NCBI GenBank assembly: GCA_044234345.1
Contig: JBIIIW010000001.1
Location: 1,766 to 65,765 of the forward strand
DNA length: 64,000 nt
Direction: 5' to 3'
From: Minisyncoccia bacterium
GTDB taxonomy: Bacteria; Patescibacteriota; Minisyncoccia; Phycocordibacterales; PALSA-1337
The notes under the pieces are model-generated. The model had not been told where the DNA came from and did no database searches. It worked only from the letters and a program-made list of their open reading frames with translations. Positions 1 to 8,672 of the stretch are shown here, one piece after another. Every line of letters starts with the position of its first letter. The first letter of the stretch is position 1. Both the position numbers and the translations under genes were made by a program.

Positions 1-717
1 GGGGAATATTAGATCTGTTCCTCCTGTATGTATATCGATACTACTACCTAGTGCATCTATTGCCATTGCTGAACACTCTATATGCCATCCAGGTCTACCT
101 GCTCCAAATGGTGCATCATACTTAATCTCTCCATCTTCATTTGAGTGGAACTTCCATAGTGCAAAGTCTCTAGGGTTCTCCTTCTCATACTCATCATTAG
201 ATATTCTCTCTTGTAGAGTAGTTGTATCTGTACTTGCAATCTTAAGTTTAGCTAGCTCACCATAGTTTTTTGATAGCGCTATACTAAAATATATACCATC
301 CTTAGATTTGTAAGCTATACCTTTTGATATCAATGTAGATATTATATCCACCATCTCTTTGATATAGTCTGTTGCTCTAAGTACTTTGTTTGGTGTAACT
401 ATGTTTAGAGAATGTATATCCGCCAAGAAAAGATTTTCATAGTGTCTAGTCAGCTTCTCAAGTTTGGTATCTTCAGCAATACTTCTCTTAATTGTCTTGT
501 CATCTATATCTGTAATATTCATTACATGATCTACTTCATATCCATTGTACTTGAATATTCTCTTTACAAGATCATTTGTAATGAATGTACGGAAGTTACC
601 AATATGAGCAGTGTCATATACTGTTGGACCACAACTATACATACTTAGTTTGTTCTTTGATATTGGTTTAAACTCTTCCTTTTCTCCTGAGAGTGTATTG
701 TGTATGTATATAGACAT
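1..717 (-). CDS. cysS: cysteinyl-tRNA synthetase, N-terminal part (C-terminus lies beyond the window start)
   Basis: Minus-strand translation from ATG at 717..715 reads MSIYIHNTLSGEKEEFKPI...CGPTVYD..HIGN...GRPGWHIECSAM. These are the class I HIGH motif and the CysRS zinc-binding GRPGWHIEC signature. Absent from the ORF track because the gene is truncated by the window edge. Confidence 0.9.
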   Translation of the reverse strand, partial: MSIYIHNTLSGEKEEFKPISKNKLSMYSCGPTVYDTAHIGNFRTFITNDLVKRIFKYNGYEVDHVMNITDIDDKTIKRSIAEDTKLEKLTRHYENLFLADIHSLNIVTPNKVLRATDYIKEMVDIISTLISKGIAYKSKDGIYFSIALSKNYGELAKLKIASTDTTTLQERISNDEYEKENPRDFALWKFHSNEDGEIKYDAPFGAGRPGWHIECSAMAIDALGSSIDIHTGGTDLIFP

Positions 718-767
718 ATGTTGTAGTATAGCGCTCGCATTGTCTGAAATCAAATTGTTTGAGATAA

Positions 768-1997
768 TTGTATACTATGAACAAAGAAAATATCTCGAAG
801 ATTTCAAATATAGCTATAGTTGCATTCATTGTTGTAATTATCTTCTACGCTGGTGCCTCATACGGAATTGAGAAGGGAAGAGCTAAAGCATTAGTTAGTA
901 TTGCTCCTGAGGGGGTTGATATTACTAACAAGCAATTAGAGCCATTCTGGAAGGTATGGAATATACTAAGTGAGAAGTATGTGGAAGCAACTACTACAGA
1001 TACACAGAAGAGAATATGGGGAGCTATAGAGGGGTTAGCAAGCTCACAGGGGGACCCATACACAATGTTCTTCCCACCTGAGGAGAACAAGCTGTTCCAA
1101 GGTGATATAGCAGGTAACTTTGATGGTGTTGGTATGGAGATTGCTATAAAGGAAAAGATATTGACTGTAGTTGCTCCGCTTAAGAACAGTCCTGCAGAGA
1201 GAGCTGGTGTTAAGGCTGGAGACAAGATAATTAAGATTGATGACAAGATTTCATCTGATCTTTCTGTTGAGCAAGCTGTTAAGTTGATTAGAGGTAAGAA
1301 GGGAACTGCGGTTAAGATTACATTCCTACGTGAGGGAAGTAGCGAACCGATCGAGAAGTCAATTGTTCGTGATGTTATAGATATCCCAACTCTTGAGACT
1401 GAAATTAAGTCTGACATTTATATCATCAAGCTATTCAGCTTCACTAGTCAGTCTCCGGAGTTGTTTAGAAATGCTCTAAGACAATTCCTACAGTCAGGTA
1501 AGAACAAATTAATTATCGATCTACGTGGTAATCCAGGAGGATATCTAGATGCAGCATGGGATATAGCTAGTTGGTTCCTGCCAGCTGGTAAGGTAATTGT
1601 AACTGAAGACTTTGGAGGAAGAAGAGATAACCTGGTATTGAGAAGCAAGGGATACGATGTATTGAACAAGTACTTCGGAAGTAACTACAAGGTTGCAATA
1701 TTGGTTAATAACGGATCAGCTTCTGCCTCAGAGATCCTTGCTGGTGCACTTAAGGAGCAAGGAGTAGCTAAACTTGTTGGTGTAAAGACATTCGGTAAAG
1801 GATCAGTTCAGGAATTAATCAATGTTACTCCAGAGACATCGATAAAGGTAACCATAGCTCGTTGGATGACACCAAGTGGTCATAACCTCTCACATGATGG
1901 TCTAGAGCCTGACTATGAGGTAAAGATCACAGCAAAGGATCTAGAGAACAAGCTAGACCCACAGATGGACAAGGCTATTGAAATTCTAAGTAAATAG
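768..1997 (+). CDS. ctpA: carboxyl-terminal processing protease (S41 family, PDZ domain)
   Basis: 409-aa ORF with an N-terminal TM helix, a PDZ-like segment (GVGMEI...PAERAGVKAGDKI) and S41 catalytic-region motifs (GNPGGYL, FGKGSVQ). Confidence 0.85.
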   Translation: MYTMNKENISKISNIAIVAFIVVIIFYAGASYGIEKGRAKALVSIAPEGVDITNKQLEPFWKVWNILSEKYVEATTTDTQKRIWGAIEGLASSQGDPYTMFFPPEENKLFQGDIAGNFDGVGMEIAIKEKILTVVAPLKNSPAERAGVKAGDKIIKIDDKISSDLSVEQAVKLIRGKKGTAVKITFLREGSSEPIEKSIVRDVIDIPTLETEIKSDIYIIKLFSFTSQSPELFRNALRQFLQSGKNKLIIDLRGNPGGYLDAAWDIASWFLPAGKVIVTEDFGGRRDNLVLRSKGYDVLNKYFGSNYKVAILVNNGSASASEILAGALKEQGVAKLVGVKTFGKGSVQELINVTPETSIKVTIARWMTPSGHNLSHDGLEPDYEVKITAKDLENKLDPQMDKAIEILSK

Positions 1998-2012
1998 GTT
2001 AATATATCAAAT

Positions 2013-2456
2013 ATGAAAATAATATTATTGAAAGATGTTGCTAAGGTAGGTAAGAAGTATGAAGTTAAGAATATCAGTGATGGATATGCACAAAATCTTT
2101 TGATCCCTAAAGGTCTTGCAGTAGCTGCAACTGCAGACGTTATGAAGAGAATTGAGCTAGAGCGCGCACGTGATGAAGGAGAGAAGAGAGTACATATGGA
2201 ACTACTCCTAAAGAATCTTAAGGAAGTAGAAGGTAAGACAATTACTCTTACAGAGAAGGCTAATGAAAAGGGTCACCTATTCGCAAGCGTTAACAAGCCA
2301 GAGGTTATACTAGCAATTCACAAGCAGACAAGAATACAGATTAGTCCTGACAACATGATGTTGGACAAGCATATTAAGGAAGTAGGTAATCATGAGATAG
2401 AGCTTAAGGCTGGAGACAAGAGTGTTAAGTTTACACTAGTCATCAAAGCTGAGTAG
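2013..2456 (+). CDS. rplI: 50S ribosomal protein L9
   Basis: Opens MKIILLKDVAKVGKKYEVKNISDGYAQNLLIPKGLAV, the typical L9 N-domain. 147 aa. Confidence 0.9.
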   Translation: MKIILLKDVAKVGKKYEVKNISDGYAQNLLIPKGLAVAATADVMKRIELERARDEGEKRVHMELLLKNLKEVEGKTITLTEKANEKGHLFASVNKPEVILAIHKQTRIQISPDNMMLDKHIKEVGNHEIELKAGDKSVKFTLVIKAE

Positions 2457-2471
2457 GGAAGGGAACAAAAA

Positions 2472-2491
2472 AGAGAGGCATATGCCTCTCT
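2472..2491. terminator. bidirectional intrinsic terminator between rplI (+) and rpmA (-)
   Basis: Perfect palindrome agagaggca-ta-tgcctctct with an A-run on one side and a T-run on the other. Confidence 0.6.
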
Positions 2492-2497
2492 TTTTTG

Positions 2498-2770
2498 CTA
2501 TACCACACTCACAATCTTCTTTCTCTTTATTGTATTATCGAAATGTGTTTTTCTCTTAGTTCCGAATGATACTTTACCAGCCTTTAGAGCGAATAGGGTA
2601 TGATCTTTACCCATACCTATATTCTTTCCTGGTAGTACGTCTGTACCACGCTGACGAACGATTATAGAGCCAATAGTAACAGATTCCCCGTGATTTACCT
2701 TAACTCCAAGGTATTTAGGGTTAGAATCTCTACCGTTTGCTGACGATCCTCCTGATTTCTTTGTTGCCAT
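2498..2770 (-). CDS. rpmA: 50S ribosomal protein L27
   Basis: [25 protein letters not shown]...[21 protein letters not shown] matches L27. The start is trimmed from the ORF-track ATG at 2809 to the MATKK Met. Confidence 0.9.
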   Translation of the reverse strand: MATKKSGGSSANGRDSNPKYLGVKVNHGESVTIGSIIVRQRGTDVLPGKNIGMGKDHTLFALKAGKVSFGTKRKTHFDNTIKRKKIVSVV

Positions 2771-2917
2771 AGTTAAAACAGTATATACCAATATACCTAC
2801 AAAATGCAAGTATTTAGGGGTATTTATGGTATTGACAAAAGGACTAAGAAATGCTAGTATATATAGTAATAGCGAGATTACGTTGAACCTTTCAATATAG
2901 TCTCGTTTTTAAATTAT

Positions 2918-3367
2918 ATGATTGAACTTACAACGGGCCTTGTGTTTCTAATGACTTCGCTATACGGAAACGCTAGTACTACCACAGACTCTGTGAATGT
3001 TCAGACATTGAGAGCTAATGTAGGGAATACAGCTTCTGTTGCAGCGAGTGATAGAGCAATCTTTGAAAAGTACGTTAGAGATCATTTTGCAGATACTCCA
3101 ATTCTAGCGGAGATTGCAAGATGTGAGTCGACATTTAGACAGTTCGACAAGAATGGAAATGTTATTAGAGGTTTAGTTGATAACGATGATATTGGTCTAA
3201 TGCAGATCAATGAAAGATATCACCTGGATACAGCTGAGAAGCTTGGTTATGATATCCATACACTAGAAGGGAACATGGCTTACGCTAAGTACCTATACGG
3301 TAAGTCTGGATCAAGACCATGGAATGCATCTAAGCCTTGTTGGGAGAAGACCCTGGCAGTGAAGTAA
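2918..3367 (+). CDS. small secreted lysozyme-like / lytic-transglycosylase-like protein (IagB/IpgF-type?)
   Basis: N-terminal signal-like hydrophobic stretch. IARCESTFRQFDKNGNVIRG...DIGLMQINERYH resembles the catalytic Glu-Ser and GLMQI motifs of goose-type/SLT-like lysozyme folds. Followed by an intrinsic terminator. Confidence 0.45.
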   Translation: MIELTTGLVFLMTSLYGNASTTTDSVNVQTLRANVGNTASVAASDRAIFEKYVRDHFADTPILAEIARCESTFRQFDKNGNVIRGLVDNDDIGLMQINERYHLDTAEKLGYDIHTLEGNMAYAKYLYGKSGSRPWNASKPCWEKTLAVK

Positions 3368-3379
3368 GGATGATAAAAA

Positions 3380-3406
3380 AACCGGATTAAATTCCGGTTT
3401 TTTTAT
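3380..3406 (+). terminator. intrinsic terminator
   Basis: aaccggattaaattccggtt hairpin followed by a T7 run. Confidence 0.7.
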
Positions 3407-3441
3407 TTGTATATAAAAACAATATTTGTTACTATCTCGGT

Positions 3442-3942
3442 ATGTATAAAAAAATAATTATCTTAGCGTTTTTAATAGTAGTTCTCGTAGTGTTCCTGTC
3501 TGTATTTAAAAATCCTTCACATAAAACAGACGTTATAGATATTGATAATTCAATGAAAGATGAATGGTCGAGTCTACCCCCATATATCCTACAAGGAAAC
3601 TATTCAACATACTCATATATCAACGAGGGAATTGAATATATTCCAGAAATAGATCCGAAACCTGCTACTACAACTTGTCCAGTATTCATTGTTACGGATG
3701 GAGATGAAACTAATATATCAAGATATAAGAATATGGTTAATGAAGGTAATGCGGTAAATCACTTAAATGAGAAAGGTGAGTTGGTCATAAACATTGATCC
3801 TACTGACCTTCCATTAGAGCAACAAGAGTCTCTAATGAAATCAACTTCAACTGTATCCATATTGGTGAAGAATAAATTTTTGGATGGTAGAGATGCTAAT
3901 GCCTGTGAGAGTTTTATAAGTCTAGTTTCGATAGAGAAGTAA
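3442..3942 (+). CDS. hypothetical membrane-anchored protein
   Basis: 166-aa ORF with an N-terminal TM helix (IIILAFLIVVLVVFLSVF). No recognisable catalytic motif. Confidence 0.5.
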   Translation: MYKKIIILAFLIVVLVVFLSVFKNPSHKTDVIDIDNSMKDEWSSLPPYILQGNYSTYSYINEGIEYIPEIDPKPATTTCPVFIVTDGDETNISRYKNMVNEGNAVNHLNEKGELVINIDPTDLPLEQQESLMKSTSTVSILVKNKFLDGRDANACESFISLVSIEK

Positions 3943-3963
3943 ATAACCTGTGTATATATTAAT

Positions 3964-4278
3964 ATGAACCCTCCGATTATTAAAGGCTTCTACTATCACT
4001 ACAAGCATAATGCAGAAGGTGAGGTTAATAACTATGCATACGAAGTAACTGGCACAGGACTGCACACAGAGGATAGAACATATTTTGTTATATATCGCCC
4101 TCTATATGCAAACACCTTTCTAGGTTCAGCTGGATACTGTATACGCCCATACGAAATGTTTACAGGTAATGTTGAGATAAATGGAAAATCAGTGAAACGA
4201 TTTGAGAGAATTGAGGATGAAGGCCTCATTCTTAAGCTGAGTCAAATAAAGAGGGAAATGTATGGAGAGGATAAATAA
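3964..4278 (+). CDS. DUF1653-like small protein
   Basis: GFYYHYKHN...YEVTGTGLHTEDRTYFVIYRPLY...RPYEMF resembles the DUF1653 pattern (YRHYKG..YEV...HTE....VVYR.LY). Strong terminator downstream. Confidence 0.5.
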   Translation: MNPPIIKGFYYHYKHNAEGEVNNYAYEVTGTGLHTEDRTYFVIYRPLYANTFLGSAGYCIRPYEMFTGNVEINGKSVKRFERIEDEGLILKLSQIKREMYGEDK

Positions 4279-4284
4279 GTAGGA

Positions 4285-4306
4285 AAGCCGGCACGAGTGC
4301 CGGCTT
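4285..4306 (+). terminator. intrinsic terminator
   Basis: aagccggcacgagtgccggctt hairpin followed by cttt. Confidence 0.6.
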
Positions 4307-4479
4307 CTTTGATCTTCCTTATCCCTCGAGTTCGTCGAGTTTGATCTTAGGAATCTCTGTTCCTGCAATCAGTATTCTGAACGCTTCCAATGTGCCTGCA
4401 ACTGTTCCAGGTTCTCCAGGAACAATTTCATCAATAGGTTCTTCCATAAATGCGAGTAATTTGAGCTACGCCAAATACA

Positions 4480-4535
4480 TGTTACACCAAACGAAAGGGA
4501 AGAGGAATACCCTAAATTATCAATAAAATAGCTAT
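4480..4535 (+). repeat. left copy of an imperfect ~52-56-nt direct repeat (28-nt identical core aacgaaagggaagaggaataccctaaat at 4490..4517)
   Basis: Compared directly with 6178..6229: tgtta-N5-AACGAAAGGGAAGAGGAATACCCTAAAT-[tc]atc-ata..tagctat. Confidence 0.8.
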
Positions 4536-4654
4536 AGACATATCTTGACTTGTGTAGTCTAGTGTGGTACCTTTTGGCAGTATCAGTTAAGAGCCTGCGA
4601 GTGTAGGAATTCAAGACTGAAGTAATAGCACCTTAACAAAGAAAGGAACACGTC

Positions 4655-4966
4655 ATGTACAACGAGGACGAAGCAGTCGAACTCATTGGTTATCTGACTC
4701 GCTCCAAAGCGATCTGGATGAACCCAGAATTGCTCAACCTTGTTGAGTCTGCTCCTAGTCCCACGAAAGCATATGCTCTAGTACTTCAAAGTACTGGAAG
4801 CCAAAAGAAGGCTAAGGCTGGACGTTGGTATGCATGCGCAATTAGAGACTTCGGAAAAGACTCACTAGGTGCACTCACGGCAGTACTCAATTCTCCGCAA
4901 GGTGCGGTGAAATTGGAGGTATTGCTAACAACTACGTACCCCGGTTCACCCCGGAGGGACAAGTGA
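4655..4966 (+). CDS. hypothetical protein (GC-rich cassette gene 1)
   Basis: 103-aa ORF, about 47% GC against the ~34% background, directly followed by the next ORF (AGGAG RBS 7 nt before ATG 4977). Confidence 0.5.
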   Translation: MYNEDEAVELIGYLTRSKAIWMNPELLNLVESAPSPTKAYALVLQSTGSQKKAKAGRWYACAIRDFGKDSLGALTAVLNSPQGAVKLEVLLTTTYPGSPRRDK

Positions 4967-4976
4967 AGGAGATGGT

Positions 4977-6077
4977 ATGATTATCGCGAACATTCCGTTA
5001 GGTATACAACTCGGTGTGATGCTGTTATGCAGTGTAGCTGGTCTCTGGATATTCCACTATTGTGTGATTAGAGTGATCTTACAAGGAGGTCGTCCGCAAA
5101 ATGGTCCGCCAGAGAGTAGGGAAGAGAAATCAACAGAGGTTGCTTCAAAAACTTCGAAGATCCTGCTCGATGAGTTGAAGACAAGCCTGGTTAAGACTCT
5201 AAGAAAGCGTGACCGGGAAAGTCAATGTGATTCAGCGTTCTGGGCATCTTTTTCGCTTGTTGGAGAAAGCGAAGAGTTTGGTGTCGTGGTCTTAAGGGTA
5301 GACACTAACAACTATGGTTATCAAATAAGAACAGGTAACTTTAAAGATTCGAACGCTTGGGAAAATCTGGTAATAGCGACCCGAAAAGGATACTGCTTCC
5401 TTGGAAGAGTGAACCTCTACAAGGGTGCTGTGTATAACGGGCCGTTTCAGATTACAAAATCCGAAAGTGGATCAATTGTAGTTAGCTGGGGACAAGCTTC
5501 GTTCACTATTAAGGACGAGGAGATGAGAGGTGGTTATGATTTTCCATTCGAATTACCTCCGCGTTCTGAGATGGTAAGAACTGTCTACAACCTTAATGGT
5601 GCTATTGTCGTAATCGATGATGATCCAGGCCAAGGTCGGTATGTTCAGTTTTCGGTAGATCAAATGGGTAAGCGACTGAAAGCAGATCGCACAGTCTGGG
5701 ATTTACCGGGTTGCGTTAGGTGTGTCAAAGATGCAATTCAATATTTACCAGATTGTAGTGGTCGTCGTGAACAGGTTAGACTAGTCCTCGTTGACGGCAA
5801 CTTTAGCGGGGATGGAAGAGGTTTCAATACCGGTAGACTCATTCCTGTATTGCGCGAACGATACCCCAATGCACTCCTTTTCGCGAATAGTGGAATGGCT
5901 GAGAATCATACTAACCATACTCCCGAACTATTGGCAGCTGGTTGTGACTGTGCGCTCTCGATCGAAGATTATGGTTATAAGTCAAATCTGACTAAAATCC
6001 TAGCAAGAGTAGCCGAGCTCAAGCCGGAGATTCTTGTGAGTGAGGAACTTGACTTGAATGAAGTTCTAAAAATCTGA
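4977..6077 (+). CDS. hypothetical membrane-anchored protein (GC-rich cassette gene 2)
   Basis: 366 aa with an N-terminal TM helix (IPLGIQLGVMLLCSVAGLWIF). C-terminal region VLVDGNFSGDGRGFNTGRLIP...LLAAGCDCALSIEDYG is of unknown fold. Good RBS and terminator. Confidence 0.6.
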   Translation: MIIANIPLGIQLGVMLLCSVAGLWIFHYCVIRVILQGGRPQNGPPESREEKSTEVASKTSKILLDELKTSLVKTLRKRDRESQCDSAFWASFSLVGESEEFGVVVLRVDTNNYGYQIRTGNFKDSNAWENLVIATRKGYCFLGRVNLYKGAVYNGPFQITKSESGSIVVSWGQASFTIKDEEMRGGYDFPFELPPRSEMVRTVYNLNGAIVVIDDDPGQGRYVQFSVDQMGKRLKADRTVWDLPGCVRCVKDAIQYLPDCSGRREQVRLVLVDGNFSGDGRGFNTGRLIPVLRERYPNALLFANSGMAENHTNHTPELLAAGCDCALSIEDYGYKSNLTKILARVAELKPEILVSEELDLNEVLKI

Positions 6078-6085
6078 CATTACAA

Positions 6086-6111
6086 GCGGGCACTCTACCA
6101 AGGGTGCCCGC
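6086..6111 (+). terminator. intrinsic terminator
   Basis: gcgggcac-tctaccaagg-gtgcccgc hairpin followed by attttct. Confidence 0.7.
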
Positions 6112-6177
6112 ATTTTCTATACAAATATTGGTAAGTAAAACTAAATTAATAAATCAGCGTCATACCAGTACCTGTGG

Positions 6178-6229
6178 TGTTATTCAGAACGAAAGGGAAG
6201 AGGAATACCCTAAATCATCTATTAGCTAT
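6178..6229 (+). repeat. right copy of the direct repeat (core 6188..6215)
   Basis: See 4480..4535. Confidence 0.8.
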
Positions 6230-6610
6230 TCCCCGATATGTTTTAAAAAGAGTTGGCATGGATAACAGAGGAGAATGGAATATTAAATTAGTAATATAAA
6301 GATTATTATATTTCTCAATTAATTCCTTAATGTTTATTTAAAATATGAGCGATCAAGGTATCGATGGGCAAGTAGTAGTTAGCTTCCTTTCTCCTATAGA
6401 GACAACGTCGCACAATATACCTTTTACGATATAGATACACTATAAACCACTCCCCCGATTAAGCTAAAAAATCTGTAAGCGACACTCGCCTATTATTCTT
6501 TGTCATTAATTTAGTCTCTGTAATTAATTTTAAATAAATTTATTTCTAATAATTTATGTATACAAATATTTAAATTATTTTATAAAATTTGCCTCACTAT
6601 TGTTATCTTA

Positions 6611-7039
6611 TTGATATTTCCGTATTTAATGCTAGAATCAGCTCGGTTACAGCTAAAACACTTACATAGGTATTATCGTATGCCACAGATCATTGTTAGA
6701 TATAATCCGAAGCTGATTAGCCCGGATATGCTCAAGCATTTGGACTCAGTCTTTTCACCGGTAGTCGCCAATCTGGCAAGTGTAGCCAGTGGACCGATAT
6801 TTACCGCTAAGGACGTCGACTTTTTCACATACGCAAACGAAACCTCATCCAGATGCCCGGATCTTGCTATCGAGATACGGACAATTGGACATGCGGATAG
6901 AATCGAGTCTTTGAATCAGTCCGCGCAAATACTTGTCGATATTGTCGTAAAGGCATTGATTGTTAAGTGTGGTCTGAATATTCCGCCCCATGGATTCCTT
7001 TGGATCCAGGCAATTAGCCCAGCAGGTGTGCATGTCTAA
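6611..7039 (+). CDS. hypothetical protein, possibly tautomerase-superfamily-like if translation starts at MPQ (6677)
   Basis: Internal Met-Pro start MPQIIVRYNPKL... of about 120 aa is reminiscent of Pro1 tautomerase/CHMI-like proteins. GC-rich and followed by a strong terminator. No SD seen at either candidate start. Confidence 0.35.
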   Translation: MIFPYLMLESARLQLKHLHRYYRMPQIIVRYNPKLISPDMLKHLDSVFSPVVANLASVASGPIFTAKDVDFFTYANETSSRCPDLAIEIRTIGHADRIESLNQSAQILVDIVVKALIVKCGLNIPPHGFLWIQAISPAGVHV

Positions 7040-7063
7040 TGCCATCAGTCACATTCACAAATT

Positions 7064-7085
7064 CCCACGCGAGGCGTGGGTTTTT
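7064..7085 (+). terminator. intrinsic terminator
   Basis: cccacgcgaggcgtggg hairpin followed by ttttt. Confidence 0.65.
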
Positions 7086-7095
7086 CTTTGTATGG

Positions 7096-7371
7096 TTAAG
7101 AAAAAGCATCATTTTGTATGATGCTCGTTTCCCCCCTAATCTTTCCTGTAATTAATTTAACCCCAGGTTTCCAAATATATTCTATAAATACTTCTTTCCA
7201 AATAAATTTTGCTGGTTGTTCTAGATACTTGTTCCACACAAATGATACAACTTCCTTAATATACTCCAAATTAGACTGAGTTACAGGTGAATTTACAGAC
7301 TTACGTATATCTACACCTAGATTACCTAGTATGATGAGAGCTATGATACCTATAACAATCCATTTAACCAT
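7096..7371 (-). CDS. hypothetical small membrane protein
   Basis: 91 aa with an N-terminal TM helix (IVIGIIALIILGNLGV). Confidence 0.4.
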   Translation of the reverse strand: MVKWIVIGIIALIILGNLGVDIRKSVNSPVTQSNLEYIKEVVSFVWNKYLEQPAKFIWKEVFIEYIWKPGVKLITGKIRGETSIIQNDAFS

Positions 7372-7394
7372 AAGGTAATTATATCACAGACTAT

Positions 7395-8672
7395 TTACTT
7401 ATTAAGATATGAAAGTGGATTAAGGTAAGCCTTTAAATCAGCATAAGGGATAGTTACTTTAGAACATGCTGCACTATTAACGTTCTTTGTAATATTTAAT
7501 CCTTCCGTAGCATAAACTCCGAAGTGTAAGTGTGGACCAGTTGAGTATCCAGTATTACCACTGTATCCAATAACTTGGCCAGTATATACCTGCTGATCCA
7601 TTACTACATTTATTAGCGACAAGTGAGCGTATAGCGTTGATAGACCATTTGGATGCTTTATCATAATCCACTTACCAAACGATCTACATTTACCAACATC
7701 TGTATTGCCGGCACCAATAACAATTCCACTCAATGATGCTTTAACTGGCGTACCAATACTTGCTGCAAAATCTATACCAGTGTGACCCTTACCGTTATAT
7801 ACCTGAGGATTTGCCGTAGAGAATGCAGTATTACCGAAATATTGAGTAACTCTTATGTTATCAAGAGGATATTGAAGTATACCTTTACCAGTACTTGGTA
7901 GAAGGCTTGGATCAATAGCTATCTTTAGAGCAGACTCAAAAGCTAGCACTTCCCTCTCGTATTCCTCTTTTTGAGCTTTACGTAATGCAAGCAAACTATT
8001 GTAGCTCGACTCGGAGTTTCTCGTCTCTTTCAATAGGTCATTTTTTTGCTTAGCTGTGTCAGCAATAATTTTAGTTTGGTTCTTTAGATCATTGGTTAGT
8101 GATACCAACTCCAATCTTTTCTTTTCAGTAAGTTTCTTGTTTTCCTCCAGATTAGTCTTAAGGCTCTGTAGATCCTCAATCTTGTTCTGCATACTAGACT
8201 GTAATATAACTAATTGATCAGCATTCCTCCATAGATCAGAGAATGATGTCCTACCAAGTATAGCTTCTATTGCAGAGGCTGAATTAGCTTGATTGATATC
8301 ACTTAGTGATCTAGAGATAACTCGTCTACTATCAGATATTCTCTCACTCTTGTCTCCAATCTGTAGAGATAGCTCCTTAAGTTCAATATTTCTAGAAGCA
8401 ATCTTGTTCTCAGTAACCTTTATATCAGCCTCTAGCTTCTTCTTAGAGATATCTAGTGACTTAATTGTGTTACTAAGAGAATTCTTCTCCTTACCCAAAG
8501 CATCAATCTCCTTCTGGTATTTACTTATCTCCTGTTCTAGACCTTCGATGACATCATTCTTCTCTGCTATCTTACTTCTAAGATCATCAATAGATTGCGC
8601 ACTAGATATAGATGCACAGAGAATAAATATGATTGTTAAAGAAAATATTTTTTTAAAGTAATTCATATGCAA
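7395..8672 (-). CDS. M23-family peptidoglycan metalloendopeptidase with N-terminal coiled-coil (EnvC-like)
   Basis: Signal peptide, a long coiled-coil region, and a C-terminal LytM/M23 domain (GKGHTGIDFAA..GTPV...GNTGYSTGPHLHFGVY). Confidence 0.85.
   Translation of the reverse strand: MHMNYFKKIFSLTIIFILCASISSAQSIDDLRSKIAEKNDVIEGLEQEISKYQKEIDALGKEKNSLSNTIKSLDISKKKLEADIKVTENKIASRNIELKELSLQIGDKSERISDSRRVISRSLSDINQANSASAIEAILGRTSFSDLWRNADQLVILQSSMQNKIEDLQSLKTNLEENKKLTEKKRLELVSLTNDLKNQTKIIADTAKQKNDLLKETRNSESSYNSLLALRKAQKEEYEREVLAFESALKIAIDPSLLPSTGKGILQYPLDNIRVTQYFGNTAFSTANPQVYNGKGHTGIDFAASIGTPVKASLSGIVIGAGNTDVGKCRSFGKWIMIKHPNGLSTLYAHLSLINVVMDQQVYTGQVIGYSGNTGYSTGPHLHFGVYATEGLNITKNVNSAACSKVTIPYADLKAYLNPLSYLNK

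Noticed and set aside
845-1417. Antisense ORFs inside well-supported genes (for example 845..1417 in ctpA, 19667..20236 in dnaJ, 46887..47435 and 47447..48032 in leuS, 49355..49885 in ychF, 59727..60185 and 60564..61064 in uvrA).
   Set aside because: They lie entirely within strongly supported conserved genes on the opposite strand. Their low-complexity S/L/I-rich translations are typical of antisense frames in AT-rich DNA.
4319-4453. 44-aa acidic minus-strand ORF (MEEPIDEIVPGEPGTVAGTLEAFRILIAGTEIPKIKLDELEG).
   Set aside because: It is below the size cutoff and has no RBS. It may be a C-terminal remnant of a gene disrupted by the adjacent cassette insertion, so it is noted within the cassette finding rather than called as a gene.
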